DNA of 64,000 nt from an uncultured Planctomycetia bacterium (lineage in GTDB: Bacteria > Omnitrophota > Gorgyraeia > CAYWPX01). The notes below the pieces were generated by a model. It did not search any database. It was not told the origin of the DNA and saw only the letters and a program-made list of their open reading frames with translations. This document shows positions 1-9,739 of the stretch, in pieces. The stretch covers positions 7,220 to 71,219 of the forward strand of contig CAYWPX010000002.1 in the NCBI GenBank assembly GCA_964460615.1, written 5' to 3'. The stretch's first letter is position 1, and each line of letters begins with the position of its first letter. The translations under genes and the position numbers were made by a program.

Positions 1-1125
1 ACTGAAAACTCCTCCAGGCTTATCCCTCTCATTGCAGGCTGTTTTGTCCAATATTCATACAAGTATTTGTCATAATTAACAGTGCCTATACCGAAAGGAT
101 GATCCATAGATACATCGTAAGCCAAATGAAAACGTGACAATCTTCCTAAAGCAGAGGTATCCTGGAGCAAAAACCATTTTTTGGAAAAGAAATTAGTGTT
201 GCCGCTTGTTTGAAATGTAAAATAGGCTACGAAAAACAGTAACCCCATAGCGCAAAGGACCAAGACTATCTTCAGCCTTGATAAAATTTTTTCGTGGAAT
301 ATTTTTCGATGCAATATTAGATAACCGATTAAGGCGAAAAAAACACCACCCATTGCCGAACGGGTGGCATTTATAAAGAGCGTTATAGTAACGACTATTA
401 AGCCCAGTTCCATAAATAGTTTGAATTTTTTCGGCTTCCCGAACAAATTGCCTGCAAACATAAAAAATCCCAGCAATAAGATATAAGAAAACTCTATTAT
501 ATTGCGCGATAGGCCTAATATTCTTCCTGCGGGGCTATAGATCTGCGATTTTGCAAGAAATTCCCTTATGCCGTACGCTTCCTGCACACCAAGATACTGA
601 AGGATCCCGATACCGGAATCGACCGTTACAATGATAAGAAAAATGAAAATTACATTTTTGAATTGCCGGATATTTCTTATGCCGAACCCCATCAATAACA
701 CTATCATCAGATTTGAACTAATAGTTACCAGCCAACGGGTATATTCATAAAATTTTGCCCCGGAGTAAATATTGGTAATGACACCGAGCGCAACTAATAA
801 TAACGGGATCTTTAAAAAATCAAGGGTCCTTCTTAGATTTGTACCCTTATAAGAAATGATTTCCCGTAATAGAAATATTGAGCCGATCACTAACGCTATG
901 ATAGTGCGCGGGTTGGCGCCCAATATTTGATAATTTCCAAAACATATTTCAGACACCAGCCAAAAAGTTACAGCCGCAACGGCATTCAGCGAAAGCAGGA
1001 ATAATGCCGGCAATGCGATCACAAAATAAGGCATGGCAAAAATTGAAACTCCGAACAAGTAACCGAATGCTGAGATCCATAATAACTGTAAGGATTTATA
1101 CACCGGCATATTGGATAAACGCATG
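1..1125 (-). CDS. O-antigen ligase / Wzy-like polymerase family membrane protein, 3' end beyond window edge
   Basis: Minus-strand ORF not in the track because it runs off the window. My translation starts MRLSNMPVYKSLQLLWISAFGYLFG and is polytopic. It contains NATRSAMGGVFFALIGY and TVDSGIGILQYLG, typical of the Wzy_C/O-antigen ligase domain, and ends near HPFGIGTVNY. Confidence 0.45.
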
Positions 1126-1128
1126 GAT

Positions 1129-2040
1129 TTAAACATAGGTAATCTTTTTTCTGTAATATGGTACACGCCTTCTTAGAAAACACATAAACGGGTCCTTTAT
1201 ACCCCAGACACAAAATGTCACTATCGGCCTCGGGAGAAAAGTTAAGAGATAATAAACAATATTACGGGTGGAATATAATTTTTTTTCTAACAGCGTTCTG
1301 CATTTCTTAAGCTCTCCCTGCTGCAATAATAAAGAAGATATGATGCGGGCTCGCCTTTGTTCCAGAAAATCGCTCATATTGTTCACTTTTAATTTGCTCG
1401 AATGGCGTATATGGGTAATATTATCGTTGCACCACCTGTATTTCAATAAAGACTCGGGCAATACTTTGATAGAATCCATTTTCAGCCACAAAAACCAGTC
1501 CTGTCCATATCTGTATCTTTCATCATAGCCGCCTGCCCTCAAAAAAGATGACTTGCGGAATAAAACCGAAGAATGAGCGAGCAAATTCTGCCGTTTGATA
1601 ATTTTATTCATTTGGCGGGAGTCCGGAAGTTTCCTTTCCAGAAGCATTTCCCCTGATTCATCTATAATATAGTACCAGGTGCATACCAGATCGGTTTCAT
1701 CGCTCGATGACAAAGCCTCAAACTCTTTGGCGAGGCGTTCGGGAAGAGAAATATCATCAACATCCTGCCGGGCGATATACTCGCCTTTGCTTAGATGAAT
1801 ACCTTTATTCAAAGACTTTGTGAGCCCCATATTTTCCTGATCAATTACTTTTATGCGCTGATCTTTTTGGCTATAGTTATGTAAAATATCCTTTGAACTA
1901 TCCGTTGACCCGTCATTTATAATGATAAATTCAAAATCCCTGAAAGTCTGGCTTAATATGCTCTCGACGGACTCTTTTATATACTTTTCACCGTTATAAA
2001 CAGACATCACTACGCTGATCTTTGGCATAATTAGGCTCAC
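1129..2040 (-). CDS. family 2 glycosyltransferase
   Basis: N-terminus ISVVMSVYNGEKYIKESVESILSQTFRDFEFIIINDGSTD is the GT2 (GT-A) signature with a DxD-type region. Sits inside the polysaccharide locus. Confidence 0.8.
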   Translation of the reverse strand: MSLIMPKISVVMSVYNGEKYIKESVESILSQTFRDFEFIIINDGSTDSSKDILHNYSQKDQRIKVIDQENMGLTKSLNKGIHLSKGEYIARQDVDDISLPERLAKEFEALSSSDETDLVCTWYYIIDESGEMLLERKLPDSRQMNKIIKRQNLLAHSSVLFRKSSFLRAGGYDERYRYGQDWFLWLKMDSIKVLPESLLKYRWCNDNITHIRHSSKLKVNNMSDFLEQRRARIISSLLLQQGELKKCRTLLEKKLYSTRNIVYYLLTFLPRPIVTFCVWGIKDPFMCFLRRRVPYYRKKITYV

Positions 2041-3047
2041 ACTATTGTTAAGATCTCTTGGGTATCTACCCTGTTGGACACAGGAACTGTGAACTTATCG
2101 GCTAGATGCCCCACCGCAACCAATGCTACGATATTCTCATCGCGTTCAATGCCCGCTATTTTCCTTAAGATCATGTCTCTATTCATTTCAACTGACCAAT
2201 TAAGGGTACAGGCAGCCAAACCTTTGAACTGGAGTGCAAATAATAATGACATTAAAAATATGCCTCCATCAATATAACATTGGTTCCTTTCGCCCAGATT
2301 TACAAAACGGGACAGGTCTGATGTAACTATCACTAACTTGCCTATTGAATTTTCAAATCCTCTGACACCGCTAAGGTTATTGATAATGTTCTCTATATCG
2401 TCTTTATCCTTAACTATATATATCCGTACCGGCTGGCGGTTACAGACCGAGGGGGCCTTTTGTGCGATCTTAACCGCTTCGATAATAAGATTTATATCTA
2501 CCTCATCACCGCTGAAATCCCTGACACTGAACCTGCTTGAAGCAAGCGTATGGAAATCTGACTTACTGTTTTTTAGAAGATTTTGTTTAGTAAACTCTAT
2601 GGTACCGCCTCTTTTTTTGATATTCTGGGGAAGAAGATTCCTTAAATAGAGTATGTCTTCGGCGTTTATATCGATCTTGAAATTATTTTTATCATGAAAT
2701 GACAGATAGCTGTCGAGCACTGTCACGCCAAGGATAAAAACATTATTAAAAATATCGAAACCGGCTTTTTCATATCTTTTTAGAAGGTCGATCAAAAGAA
2801 CGATACGCGCTTTACCAAAACCTAGACGGACATTCTTCAAAGCAAGCGCCCTTTCGATAGAATGGGTTAAGAGCATGATATGCGTTGTAAGGTATTTGCG
2901 GTTATTCTTTCTTTTAAACATAGATGAATATTTGATGAACCTTACAAGATCATACAGATAATTTGAAAAAATACCCGGCAAGCTTAGTAAGATCTTGATA
3001 AAAATTTTCAGTTTTTCAGGCAAAATGTTCTTAATAAGGCTCTTCAT
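2037..3047 (-). CDS. nitroreductase-family domain protein with N-terminal extension
   Basis: C-terminal half RFSVRDFSGDEVDINLIIEAVKIAQKAPSVCNRQPVRIYIV...LGERNQCYIDGGIFLMSLLFALQFKGLAACT resembles the nitroreductase fold. Overlaps the GT2 gene by 4 bp, so it is in the same operon. Confidence 0.5.
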   Translation of the reverse strand: MKSLIKNILPEKLKIFIKILLSLPGIFSNYLYDLVRFIKYSSMFKRKNNRKYLTTHIMLLTHSIERALALKNVRLGFGKARIVLLIDLLKRYEKAGFDIFNNVFILGVTVLDSYLSFHDKNNFKIDINAEDILYLRNLLPQNIKKRGGTIEFTKQNLLKNSKSDFHTLASSRFSVRDFSGDEVDINLIIEAVKIAQKAPSVCNRQPVRIYIVKDKDDIENIINNLSGVRGFENSIGKLVIVTSDLSRFVNLGERNQCYIDGGIFLMSLLFALQFKGLAACTLNWSVEMNRDMILRKIAGIERDENIVALVAVGHLADKFTVPVSNRVDTQEILTIV

Positions 3048-3056
3048 CTATGCCCC

Positions 3057-4217
3057 CTATCTGATCCTGTTGAACTTATCTATAAACGATAAGCCTTCGT
3101 TCTTTTTTTCAATTAGTTTTTTACTGATCATATCCGGATCAAAAGATTCCTTGGAAGACTTGAACATTTTTATAAAACTCAGGATATTAAAACCGTCATC
3201 CATAATGTCGTAGTAGAAGTTCGAAAGCCTGAATTCTTCCATTAGGCAGGCAATTTTACTGTCATAGTTTGCGTAATCATAAATATCATCTATCGCAACA
3301 AAAGGGATACTGTTTTTAAGGCAGAAGATCGCGCCATGGAATCTGTCTGTAACGCAAAAATCAAAGTATTTGAACGATCGGGCCCATTCTAAAGGGTTAA
3401 GCCTGTTAAATAAATTAACATCGGCATTTTCATTAAAATAACTCAGCGCGATCACCTGATAGCCGTTATTTTTTAAATAGTCACCTATCTCTTTACGGGC
3501 TTTTTTCTCTGTAAGCAAAACGCCTGCTCTTGGTTTATTAAAATCAACTCCGAACCTTTCAAGATTTTGCTTGAACGAATCCTCATGGTCCAATTCTAAT
3601 AAAAATGTCGGATCAGGGATCTTCGTAATATTGGACAGGTTGGAAAAGTTGAGCGTTCTTATTAAGTCCAAAGTATGAGTATCGCGCACACCGATCAATG
3701 AGAAATTTATTAAACACGTCTTGATCCAATCCTTATGATTTTCACTAAGATCCTCTAAAAATAATTTATTTGCGGATGCTGCAAAAGCGATTTTCTTAGC
3801 CCCCAGATTCCCCGGCAGCCAGTATATATTCGGGAAGGGGCGCGCAAAACGGCCCTTTTCAAGTTTCCAGATCTCATCGCTTCCCACTACTATAATGTCA
3901 TAACGCCCTTTTAAATATTGCCTGACTTTCCTGTAGTCGTTGGAAACGATCCTTTCTTTGCTCAAGGGAAGATTGCTTTTAACAAATTCATTGAATTTAA
4001 GGTACCTTGAAATTTTCGGTATAAGCGTCTTTGGCTTCTTTGTGATCAAAGTTTCTTTGATGTTTTTCATTTCAACGCTCAACGGACGGTAATCGATTAT
4101 TTCTACTTCATAATCTGGCAAATAACTGCTTAAGGCTTTTGAAAGCGCATAAGCTTGAAGCACTGCTCCATCATTTATAGCGTAGTGATACGTCAGAATA
4201 CCGATTTTTTTTGACAT
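3057..4217 (-). CDS. polysaccharide pyruvyl transferase family protein (CsaB/WcaK-like)
   Basis: KIGILTYHYAINDGAVLQAYAL start and a GSDEIW motif; size and context fit the PS_pyruv_trans family. Confidence 0.45.
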   Translation of the reverse strand: MSKKIGILTYHYAINDGAVLQAYALSKALSSYLPDYEVEIIDYRPLSVEMKNIKETLITKKPKTLIPKISRYLKFNEFVKSNLPLSKERIVSNDYRKVRQYLKGRYDIIVVGSDEIWKLEKGRFARPFPNIYWLPGNLGAKKIAFAASANKLFLEDLSENHKDWIKTCLINFSLIGVRDTHTLDLIRTLNFSNLSNITKIPDPTFLLELDHEDSFKQNLERFGVDFNKPRAGVLLTEKKARKEIGDYLKNNGYQVIALSYFNENADVNLFNRLNPLEWARSFKYFDFCVTDRFHGAIFCLKNSIPFVAIDDIYDYANYDSKIACLMEEFRLSNFYYDIMDDGFNILSFIKMFKSSKESFDPDMISKKLIEKKNEGLSFIDKFNRIR

Positions 4218-4218
4218 T

Positions 4219-5652
4219 TTATGCCCTCATATAACTTCTGGAAATTAACTCCCCGACTTCTTTCCTCGCGAAAAAAAACAACAAGGCTAAATAGATAGAT
4301 ACACCAAGAAAAACACATATGGTTAAACTAAATAGCCCTATATTGTTCATGAAAATTCTTGCTATAATAACAATGACGAACATTACAAATGTAACAACAG
4401 AGCTTAATTTGATACCTTGGAAATATGAAAATAGATTAAGACTGATCAATGAATTTGTTATATGCTGGATAAATATAGTCCAGGCAATCTGTTCAATTGT
4501 ATAGCTTATTGCCACTCCGACTAACCCCCAATTCAAACCTATGAAGATAGCCAAGCTGGTGCAGATCACATTTAAGATGCTGAGCTTAAAAAGCCAATCC
4601 GCCTTACCTTGGGATAAAATAATGCTTGTAGTGGTAGTGTAAAGAGAATGGAATATACTGCAAATGCATAATATCCTTATCAGAATTATTGCCCCTGCCC
4701 ACTTCGGCCCAAAGACAACATTGACGAATTCCGGGGCTACTATAAACAAACCTGCCATAAGCGGGAAAGAAATATATGAAATGGACCTGATTATTACCAG
4801 ATAGACTCTCTTGAGGCGCTCCAGATCGTTATGGATTTTTGAAAAAGCAGGGAATAACACCTTTGTGATAACCCAGGATATATTCTGAAGCGGGAACATC
4901 ATTAGTTTGTGCGCAATAGTATAAAGTCCGAGTGCCTGCGGGCCTAAGAATTTTCCTATCAAAAGATAATCCATATTCCTTGCAAGATAATTGACAATAT
5001 TAAAACCTGTGAAATTAATACTGAAATGCAGCATGTCCTTTATCGCAGAATAAGAAAAAAATATTTTTGGCCGCCACTCGGAAAGCTTCCACAGTAAAAA
5101 GCTGTTTAAAATAGTATAGGATAGCATCTGGAAAACTAGGCTCCAAACTCCGAAACCTTTATATGCAAGGATTATCCCGACCGCTCCTGAGCCCGCTATT
5201 GCGACAATATCCCGTATAGTTAAGCTTCTGAAGTCCATTTCCTTCGTTAAAATAGTCTGATGAATTATGGTAAGAGAAGAGATAATGAAATTGAACGACA
5301 GAACGATCAAGATCGGCTTGAGCTCCGGCTTATTATAAAATAATGCAATAAGGGGTGATATCAATATAATGACCGAGGTAAGCAATAACCCGAATCCTAT
5401 ATTGATCCAGAAAGCCGAATATAAATGGCTATTATCTATGTCCTGTTTTTGTATAAGAGCTTTGCTTAGCCCCAGGTCCTTAAAAACATCCCCGAAACCC
5501 GTGAACACTACCGCCATCCCGACAATACCAAAATCACTTGGCGAAAGTAAACGCGCCAATACCGCTGTAATGATCAAACTGCTGACCTGCTTGCCGCCCT
5601 GAGAAACAAAAGACCAGAACAGCCCTTTTATAGTTTTCTGCTTAAGACTCAT
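4219..5652 (-). CDS. Wzx-like oligosaccharide flippase (polysaccharide biosynthesis protein, MOP superfamily)
   Basis: 477 aa with about 12-14 predicted TM helices. Start LKQKTIKGLFWSFVSQGGKQVSSLIITAVLARLLSPSDFGIVGMA is typical of Wzx/RfbX. Confidence 0.7.
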   Translation of the reverse strand: MSLKQKTIKGLFWSFVSQGGKQVSSLIITAVLARLLSPSDFGIVGMAVVFTGFGDVFKDLGLSKALIQKQDIDNSHLYSAFWINIGFGLLLTSVIILISPLIALFYNKPELKPILIVLSFNFIISSLTIIHQTILTKEMDFRSLTIRDIVAIAGSGAVGIILAYKGFGVWSLVFQMLSYTILNSFLLWKLSEWRPKIFFSYSAIKDMLHFSINFTGFNIVNYLARNMDYLLIGKFLGPQALGLYTIAHKLMMFPLQNISWVITKVLFPAFSKIHNDLERLKRVYLVIIRSISYISFPLMAGLFIVAPEFVNVVFGPKWAGAIILIRILCICSIFHSLYTTTTSIILSQGKADWLFKLSILNVICTSLAIFIGLNWGLVGVAISYTIEQIAWTIFIQHITNSLISLNLFSYFQGIKLSSVVTFVMFVIVIIARIFMNNIGLFSLTICVFLGVSIYLALLFFFARKEVGELISRSYMRA

Positions 5653-5713
5653 ATCGCCTGCATTCCCTTTTCATACATTTATCCCTTAAACCTTGGCTAA
5701 GCCGGTTATTTTT

Positions 5714-7117
5714 TCACTTAGCGCCTATACCAAATACCACTACCGGTATCGTCCTTAACAGTATATTCACATCCAGCCATAACGACCAATTATCAATATA
5801 TTCGAGATCCAATTTCATCCATTCCTCAAAATCGCGTATTTTATTGCGGCCCTTGATCTGCCATATGCAACTCAAGCCGGGCTTCATGCTAAGACGCCGC
5901 CTTTGCCAATAATCATATTCTTTGACCTCTTTCGGAAGCGGCGGCCTGGGCCCTATAAGGCTCATGTCGTTCTTTATAACATTCCACAGTTGGGGCAACT
6001 CATCCAGGCTGAATTTTCTTAGGAATCTGCCTATCGGCGTGATCCTGGGGTCATTTTCCATCTTAAACACAGGGCCATCCATTTCATTAAATTTCTTTAA
6101 GCTATCAAGCATAGCTTCTGCGCCTTCAAACATGGTCCTGAATTTATAAAATACGAACTTCCTGCCATTGAGCCCGCACCTTTCCTGCTTAAAGAATACA
6201 GGGCCGCTTGATGTAAGTTTGATAATAACCGCGATGATCGTCAAAAGCGGCGACAATATGACGAGAGCAATAGATGAAAAAATGATATCAATAAGACGCT
6301 TTATTAAAAGAGACCACACTTTATTCGGCGTGCACTCAAAGGTTAGTAAGGGAAAACCATGAAAATCGGCCTGTCTGGGCCGTGAAAGTTTGAGGTTAAA
6401 ATAGTCAAGTGCTACATGCACTTTAAGCCCCTCGGTCTCACAAAAACGCATGATATCCTCTATATCGTAAATCCAGGAACGCGGCACAACGAATATGACC
6501 TCATCCACAACATTATTATTTACGATATCTGGGATATCATCAAAAGACCCGAGTACTTTATAATTATTTATGGATTGATTTTTTCTTGAAGGGTCCTTGT
6601 CAACCATGCCGATTATCCTGAACCCGCATTCATTGTGATTTTCGATCAATGAAACCAGGTTTTCTGCCCTTTTACCCGTACCAACAATAAGAAGGTTCCG
6701 GTAATTATGCCCTTTTTCACGCATGATCCTTACTATGGTTATCAGTATGATCTTCTCAGCCAATATCAAGAGCGCTGACAGCGAAATAGAAAAAACTATT
6801 ATGTCTCTTCCTATATATGTCATATTGAACATGAAAATAAAACTGATAAAAAATAAGAGAGTGAATATACCTGCTTTCGGTATAATATATATTATTTCAT
6901 TGATAGACTTTATCCTGAAAGACTCATACATTTCGAAGAAATAGAGCATTGCAACCCAGATAACAGCGAACACAACCGGGAGGCCCTTAAAACTCGTATA
7001 CATATATATATCACCCTTGGTCTCCAGGTAATATATGAGGTAAAAAGCAAGAAGAGTTATGCCGAAGTCGGCCAGTATCGTAAGCCTTCTGAATACGGTA
7101 GAATACTGCTTAAGCAT
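5714..7117 (-). CDS. undecaprenyl-phosphate sugar phosphotransferase (bacterial sugar transferase, WbaP/WcaJ/EpsL-like priming enzyme)
   Basis: N-terminal TM helices and a C-terminal domain KRLIDIIFSSIALVILSPLL...GPVFFKQERCGLNGRKFVFYKFRTM...DELPQLWNVIKNDMSLIGPRPPLP, the Bac_transf signature. Confidence 0.8.
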   Translation of the reverse strand: MLKQYSTVFRRLTILADFGITLLAFYLIYYLETKGDIYMYTSFKGLPVVFAVIWVAMLYFFEMYESFRIKSINEIIYIIPKAGIFTLLFFISFIFMFNMTYIGRDIIVFSISLSALLILAEKIILITIVRIMREKGHNYRNLLIVGTGKRAENLVSLIENHNECGFRIIGMVDKDPSRKNQSINNYKVLGSFDDIPDIVNNNVVDEVIFVVPRSWIYDIEDIMRFCETEGLKVHVALDYFNLKLSRPRQADFHGFPLLTFECTPNKVWSLLIKRLIDIIFSSIALVILSPLLTIIAVIIKLTSSGPVFFKQERCGLNGRKFVFYKFRTMFEGAEAMLDSLKKFNEMDGPVFKMENDPRITPIGRFLRKFSLDELPQLWNVIKNDMSLIGPRPPLPKEVKEYDYWQRRRLSMKPGLSCIWQIKGRNKIRDFEEWMKLDLEYIDNWSLWLDVNILLRTIPVVVFGIGAK

Positions 7118-7227
7118 CTTTTTTGCTCCCTCCTATACGCGGCTTAATCATATATTTTAAATAGTCATTGCAGTTATAAATTAAAACTTTGTAACAATTA
7201 CCAGAAAAGACATAGATATCAAAAAAA

Positions 7228-7425
7228 TTAAATGCCACACGACTTTTGCCGCATGGCAATATAATTTTCTATCTCTTGATCTGAGATCCTGTAGCCGCCG
7301 CGCCGCCCCTCTTTGTATGCGGCGATTTTTTTCTGCCTTACCAAAAGGCGTAAATGCCCCTCGCTAATACGTAAGATCTCGGCCGCCTCTTTTGTAACAA
7401 GCAATTTTTCTGGTTTCATATGCAT
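7228..7425 (-). CDS. small helix-turn-helix DNA-binding protein (excisionase/MerR-like HTH_17)
   Basis: 65 aa; LVTKEAAEILRISEGHLRLLVRQKKI is an HTH motif. Confidence 0.5.
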   Translation of the reverse strand: MHMKPEKLLVTKEAAEILRISEGHLRLLVRQKKIAAYKEGRRGGYRISDQEIENYIAMRQKSCGI

Positions 7426-7457
7426 TTCAATCCAATATAATATTTTTTAATATCATT

Positions 7458-7768
7458 TATAATTATAAAACAATCCGTGATTTAGAAAAGTGTCGGTTTC
7501 TACTTTTTCTTGACTTTTTTCTACCCATTTTCATTACTTATACCCTCAACAAAAAAATCGGCAATACCGATCGAGCCCCCGATATCTCCCGCCAATAATT
7601 AAAATGCTATTCAGTAGTTTCTTTGTTTTCATATGTATTCCAATTCAGCATAAGATTTTCTAATAGAATTTAATATGGTATGACAATTATAAAAAAATCC
7701 GCAATTAAGAAAAGCGGCGCATTATACTTATTTTTGACTTTTTTCTACCTATTCTTACTACTTATTCT
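7458..7768. repeat. tandemly duplicated ~85-bp promoter/regulatory module (copies ~7458-7545 and ~7684-7768)
   Basis: AATTATAAAA[C/A]AATCCG..A..AAAAG..TCGG....TTGACTTTTTTCTACC is about 80% identical between the two copies. Each copy ends in the TTGACTTTTTTCTACC motif. Confidence 0.6.
7510..7525 (-). promoter_or_regulatory. conserved motif instance 1 (plus TTGACTTTTTTCTACC; gene-sense GGTAGAAAAAAGTCAA), 85-100 bp upstream of the HTH gene
   Basis: Exact 16-mer shared with instances at 7734-7749 and 9632-9647; variants at 11141-11157, 13648-13663 and 15168-15183. Confidence 0.5.
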
Positions 7769-7821
7769 TTTTAGAAGTAAGATAGTGTCATATAAGTATC
7801 GCGGTAAGCGAGATAAAATAC

Positions 7822-9576
7822 CTACATCTCTGATTGAAAAGTAAAGTAAAATGTGGAAGGTCCTGCCCCTGGGGTAGGTTTATCACCAACACTACCTGCC
7901 CAATAGAGGCGCATTGACAAATGTTTAAAATGCAGTAAAAGTCCTCCTCCTACTCCGGCAAGAAATTTACTTTTTTTCTCCCCTGAAAAGGCCTTGCTTA
8001 ACCCTCCTCCTCCTATATCAACGAAAAATACCGGTTGTATCTGATTGCGCAACGGAGTATCCTGGCCAGGAAGCTTCAAGTCATTGGGTATGAAGTATGT
8101 AGGGAATACCCAATCAAAATTCACTACTGCCCCTGTATCCGCAAGGTAATCACCTTCAGGGTAACCTCGTACGGAATCCGCTCCGCCCAATTGGAACTGT
8201 TCGGTGGGCGCAAGAGTATGTGTAGCAGTTTGGAAGCGGCTTCGGATCGTCATGTAACTTTCTAGGAACATCTTCTGCAGCCGATTCAATGAATGCTCAT
8301 ATTTGAAGAAAAAACCTCCCGAGTTCGGCCTGCTCAGTTTGGAATAATCCCGCGAATACGCTCCAAGAAACCTTGCCGTACCAAAACTAAACCTGGGAGA
8401 AAATGACGATTGGCCGGTCATATCTATTTTTGATACATCAAAACCAATATAAGGTATACGAAGCTGGTCATTCGAGGAAGTGGTGCTGCCTACATTATTT
8501 ATCACGGACTTAATGTCAATACCAAGATTCGCATAAGTCTCGGAACTTTCTGATAATTCGAGCTCCCAGGCCAGATAAGGTGAGTAGATCTGCGTATTAC
8601 CCGTGATCTTAAAAGGCTTTAATTCCTTACCCAACTTTGACCAAAAATATGTCGCATTTACGCCCAGCTTTGTCCCATAGGTCCCTACCGGAATACTATA
8701 ACTTACTGATTCGCCAAATGATTTGCCGCTATAGATCGTGCTTAAGAAAATATTATCTCCGAGACCGGAAACGTTTGAACTGCGGATAGTCCACATAGAG
8801 CGGTACTTCCCTGAGAGGCGTGACCCGCGGTTATCCTCCAGGAACCCTATATGCCAGGGGAATTTGTCGTCCACTTTCAGGTATATATCGGATGTTTGCG
8901 GCTCTTTGCCGGTTGAAATCACTGCTTTTATATCAAGGTCAGAGTTTTTGTTGAGGCGCAGGATATCCCTTGCCAAAGTCCTTATGTTCAAAATCTCATT
9001 TTTTTTTAAGTGAATGAATTTTTTTATAAAATCGGTTGAAAACCACTTATTATTTTCAATATTCAGATACCCCATTCTGCCTTCGGCAATACGTAACTCC
9101 ACAGCACCATCCCTGATCTCCTGTTCGGGGATATACACTATGGAAGTTAGATACCCTTTTTTCTTATATTCCAACTCTATCATATTGGCAATTGTCTCAA
9201 TATCGGTAAAGGTAACGGATTTACCGATGTAAGGCTTGTAAATAAATTCAAAATCCTGCCTTTTAAATTCAGTGGATCCCGTGACATTAACTTCTTTTAA
9301 TATAAAGGATGGGCCTTCAATTTCCGGCCGAACTTTCTCTTTTTCAATTTCTATCTTGGGGGCTTTTGGCGTTTTATATTCAAGGTACTTTTTTGCTCTC
9401 TCGCTATCATACTTATAACGCTCTGCCTGCGCGCCCGGTTCCTGCCCAGAAGGTAATCGTGGAGTTTCTTGAGCCAGCGCCCAAATTTCGCAAAAAAAGA
9501 TAAATAAAATCAAAAAAGCCGCTTTACATGCGACCTTCTCGATGATATTGCTACATACCAGATTATCTTTTTTCAT
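7822..9576 (-). CDS. ShlB/FhaC/HecB-family outer-membrane transporter (TpsB-like, POTRA plus beta-barrel)
   Basis: Signal/TM start AAFLILFIFFCEIWALAQE. POTRA-like FILKEVNVTGSTEFKRQDFEFIYKPYIGKSVTFTDIETIANMIELEYKKKGYLTSIVYIPEQEIRDGAVELRIAEGRMGYL. The long C-terminal region is rich in beta-strand pattern. No TpsA partner is present in the window. Confidence 0.55.
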   Translation of the reverse strand: MKKDNLVCSNIIEKVACKAAFLILFIFFCEIWALAQETPRLPSGQEPGAQAERYKYDSERAKKYLEYKTPKAPKIEIEKEKVRPEIEGPSFILKEVNVTGSTEFKRQDFEFIYKPYIGKSVTFTDIETIANMIELEYKKKGYLTSIVYIPEQEIRDGAVELRIAEGRMGYLNIENNKWFSTDFIKKFIHLKKNEILNIRTLARDILRLNKNSDLDIKAVISTGKEPQTSDIYLKVDDKFPWHIGFLEDNRGSRLSGKYRSMWTIRSSNVSGLGDNIFLSTIYSGKSFGESVSYSIPVGTYGTKLGVNATYFWSKLGKELKPFKITGNTQIYSPYLAWELELSESSETYANLGIDIKSVINNVGSTTSSNDQLRIPYIGFDVSKIDMTGQSSFSPRFSFGTARFLGAYSRDYSKLSRPNSGGFFFKYEHSLNRLQKMFLESYMTIRSRFQTATHTLAPTEQFQLGGADSVRGYPEGDYLADTGAVVNFDWVFPTYFIPNDLKLPGQDTPLRNQIQPVFFVDIGGGGLSKAFSGEKKSKFLAGVGGGLLLHFKHLSMRLYWAGSVGDKPTPGAGPSTFYFTFQSEM

Positions 9577-9631
9577 GTGAGCTATCTTATTTTATATAGA
9601 AAATTTGTGAATGACCCAATTATTCTTTTTA

Positions 9632-9647
9632 TTGACTTTTTTCTACC
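9632..9647 (-). promoter_or_regulatory. conserved motif instance 3, 56-71 bp upstream of the TpsB-like gene
   Basis: TTGACTTTTTTCTACC exact. Confidence 0.5.
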
Positions 9648-9739
9648 AAAAATAAAAAACCCCTATTCCATTTTGAATTTGCTGAACAAGTTGTACTAAA
9701 AGGCTTCGGGATTTATACTTTGCCGAAAAATAGACTTTT

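Noticed and set aside
1019-1213. 64-aa minus-strand ORF overlapping the GT2 gene end and the Wzy-like gene start
   Set aside because: It is an alternative frame over two well-supported genes.
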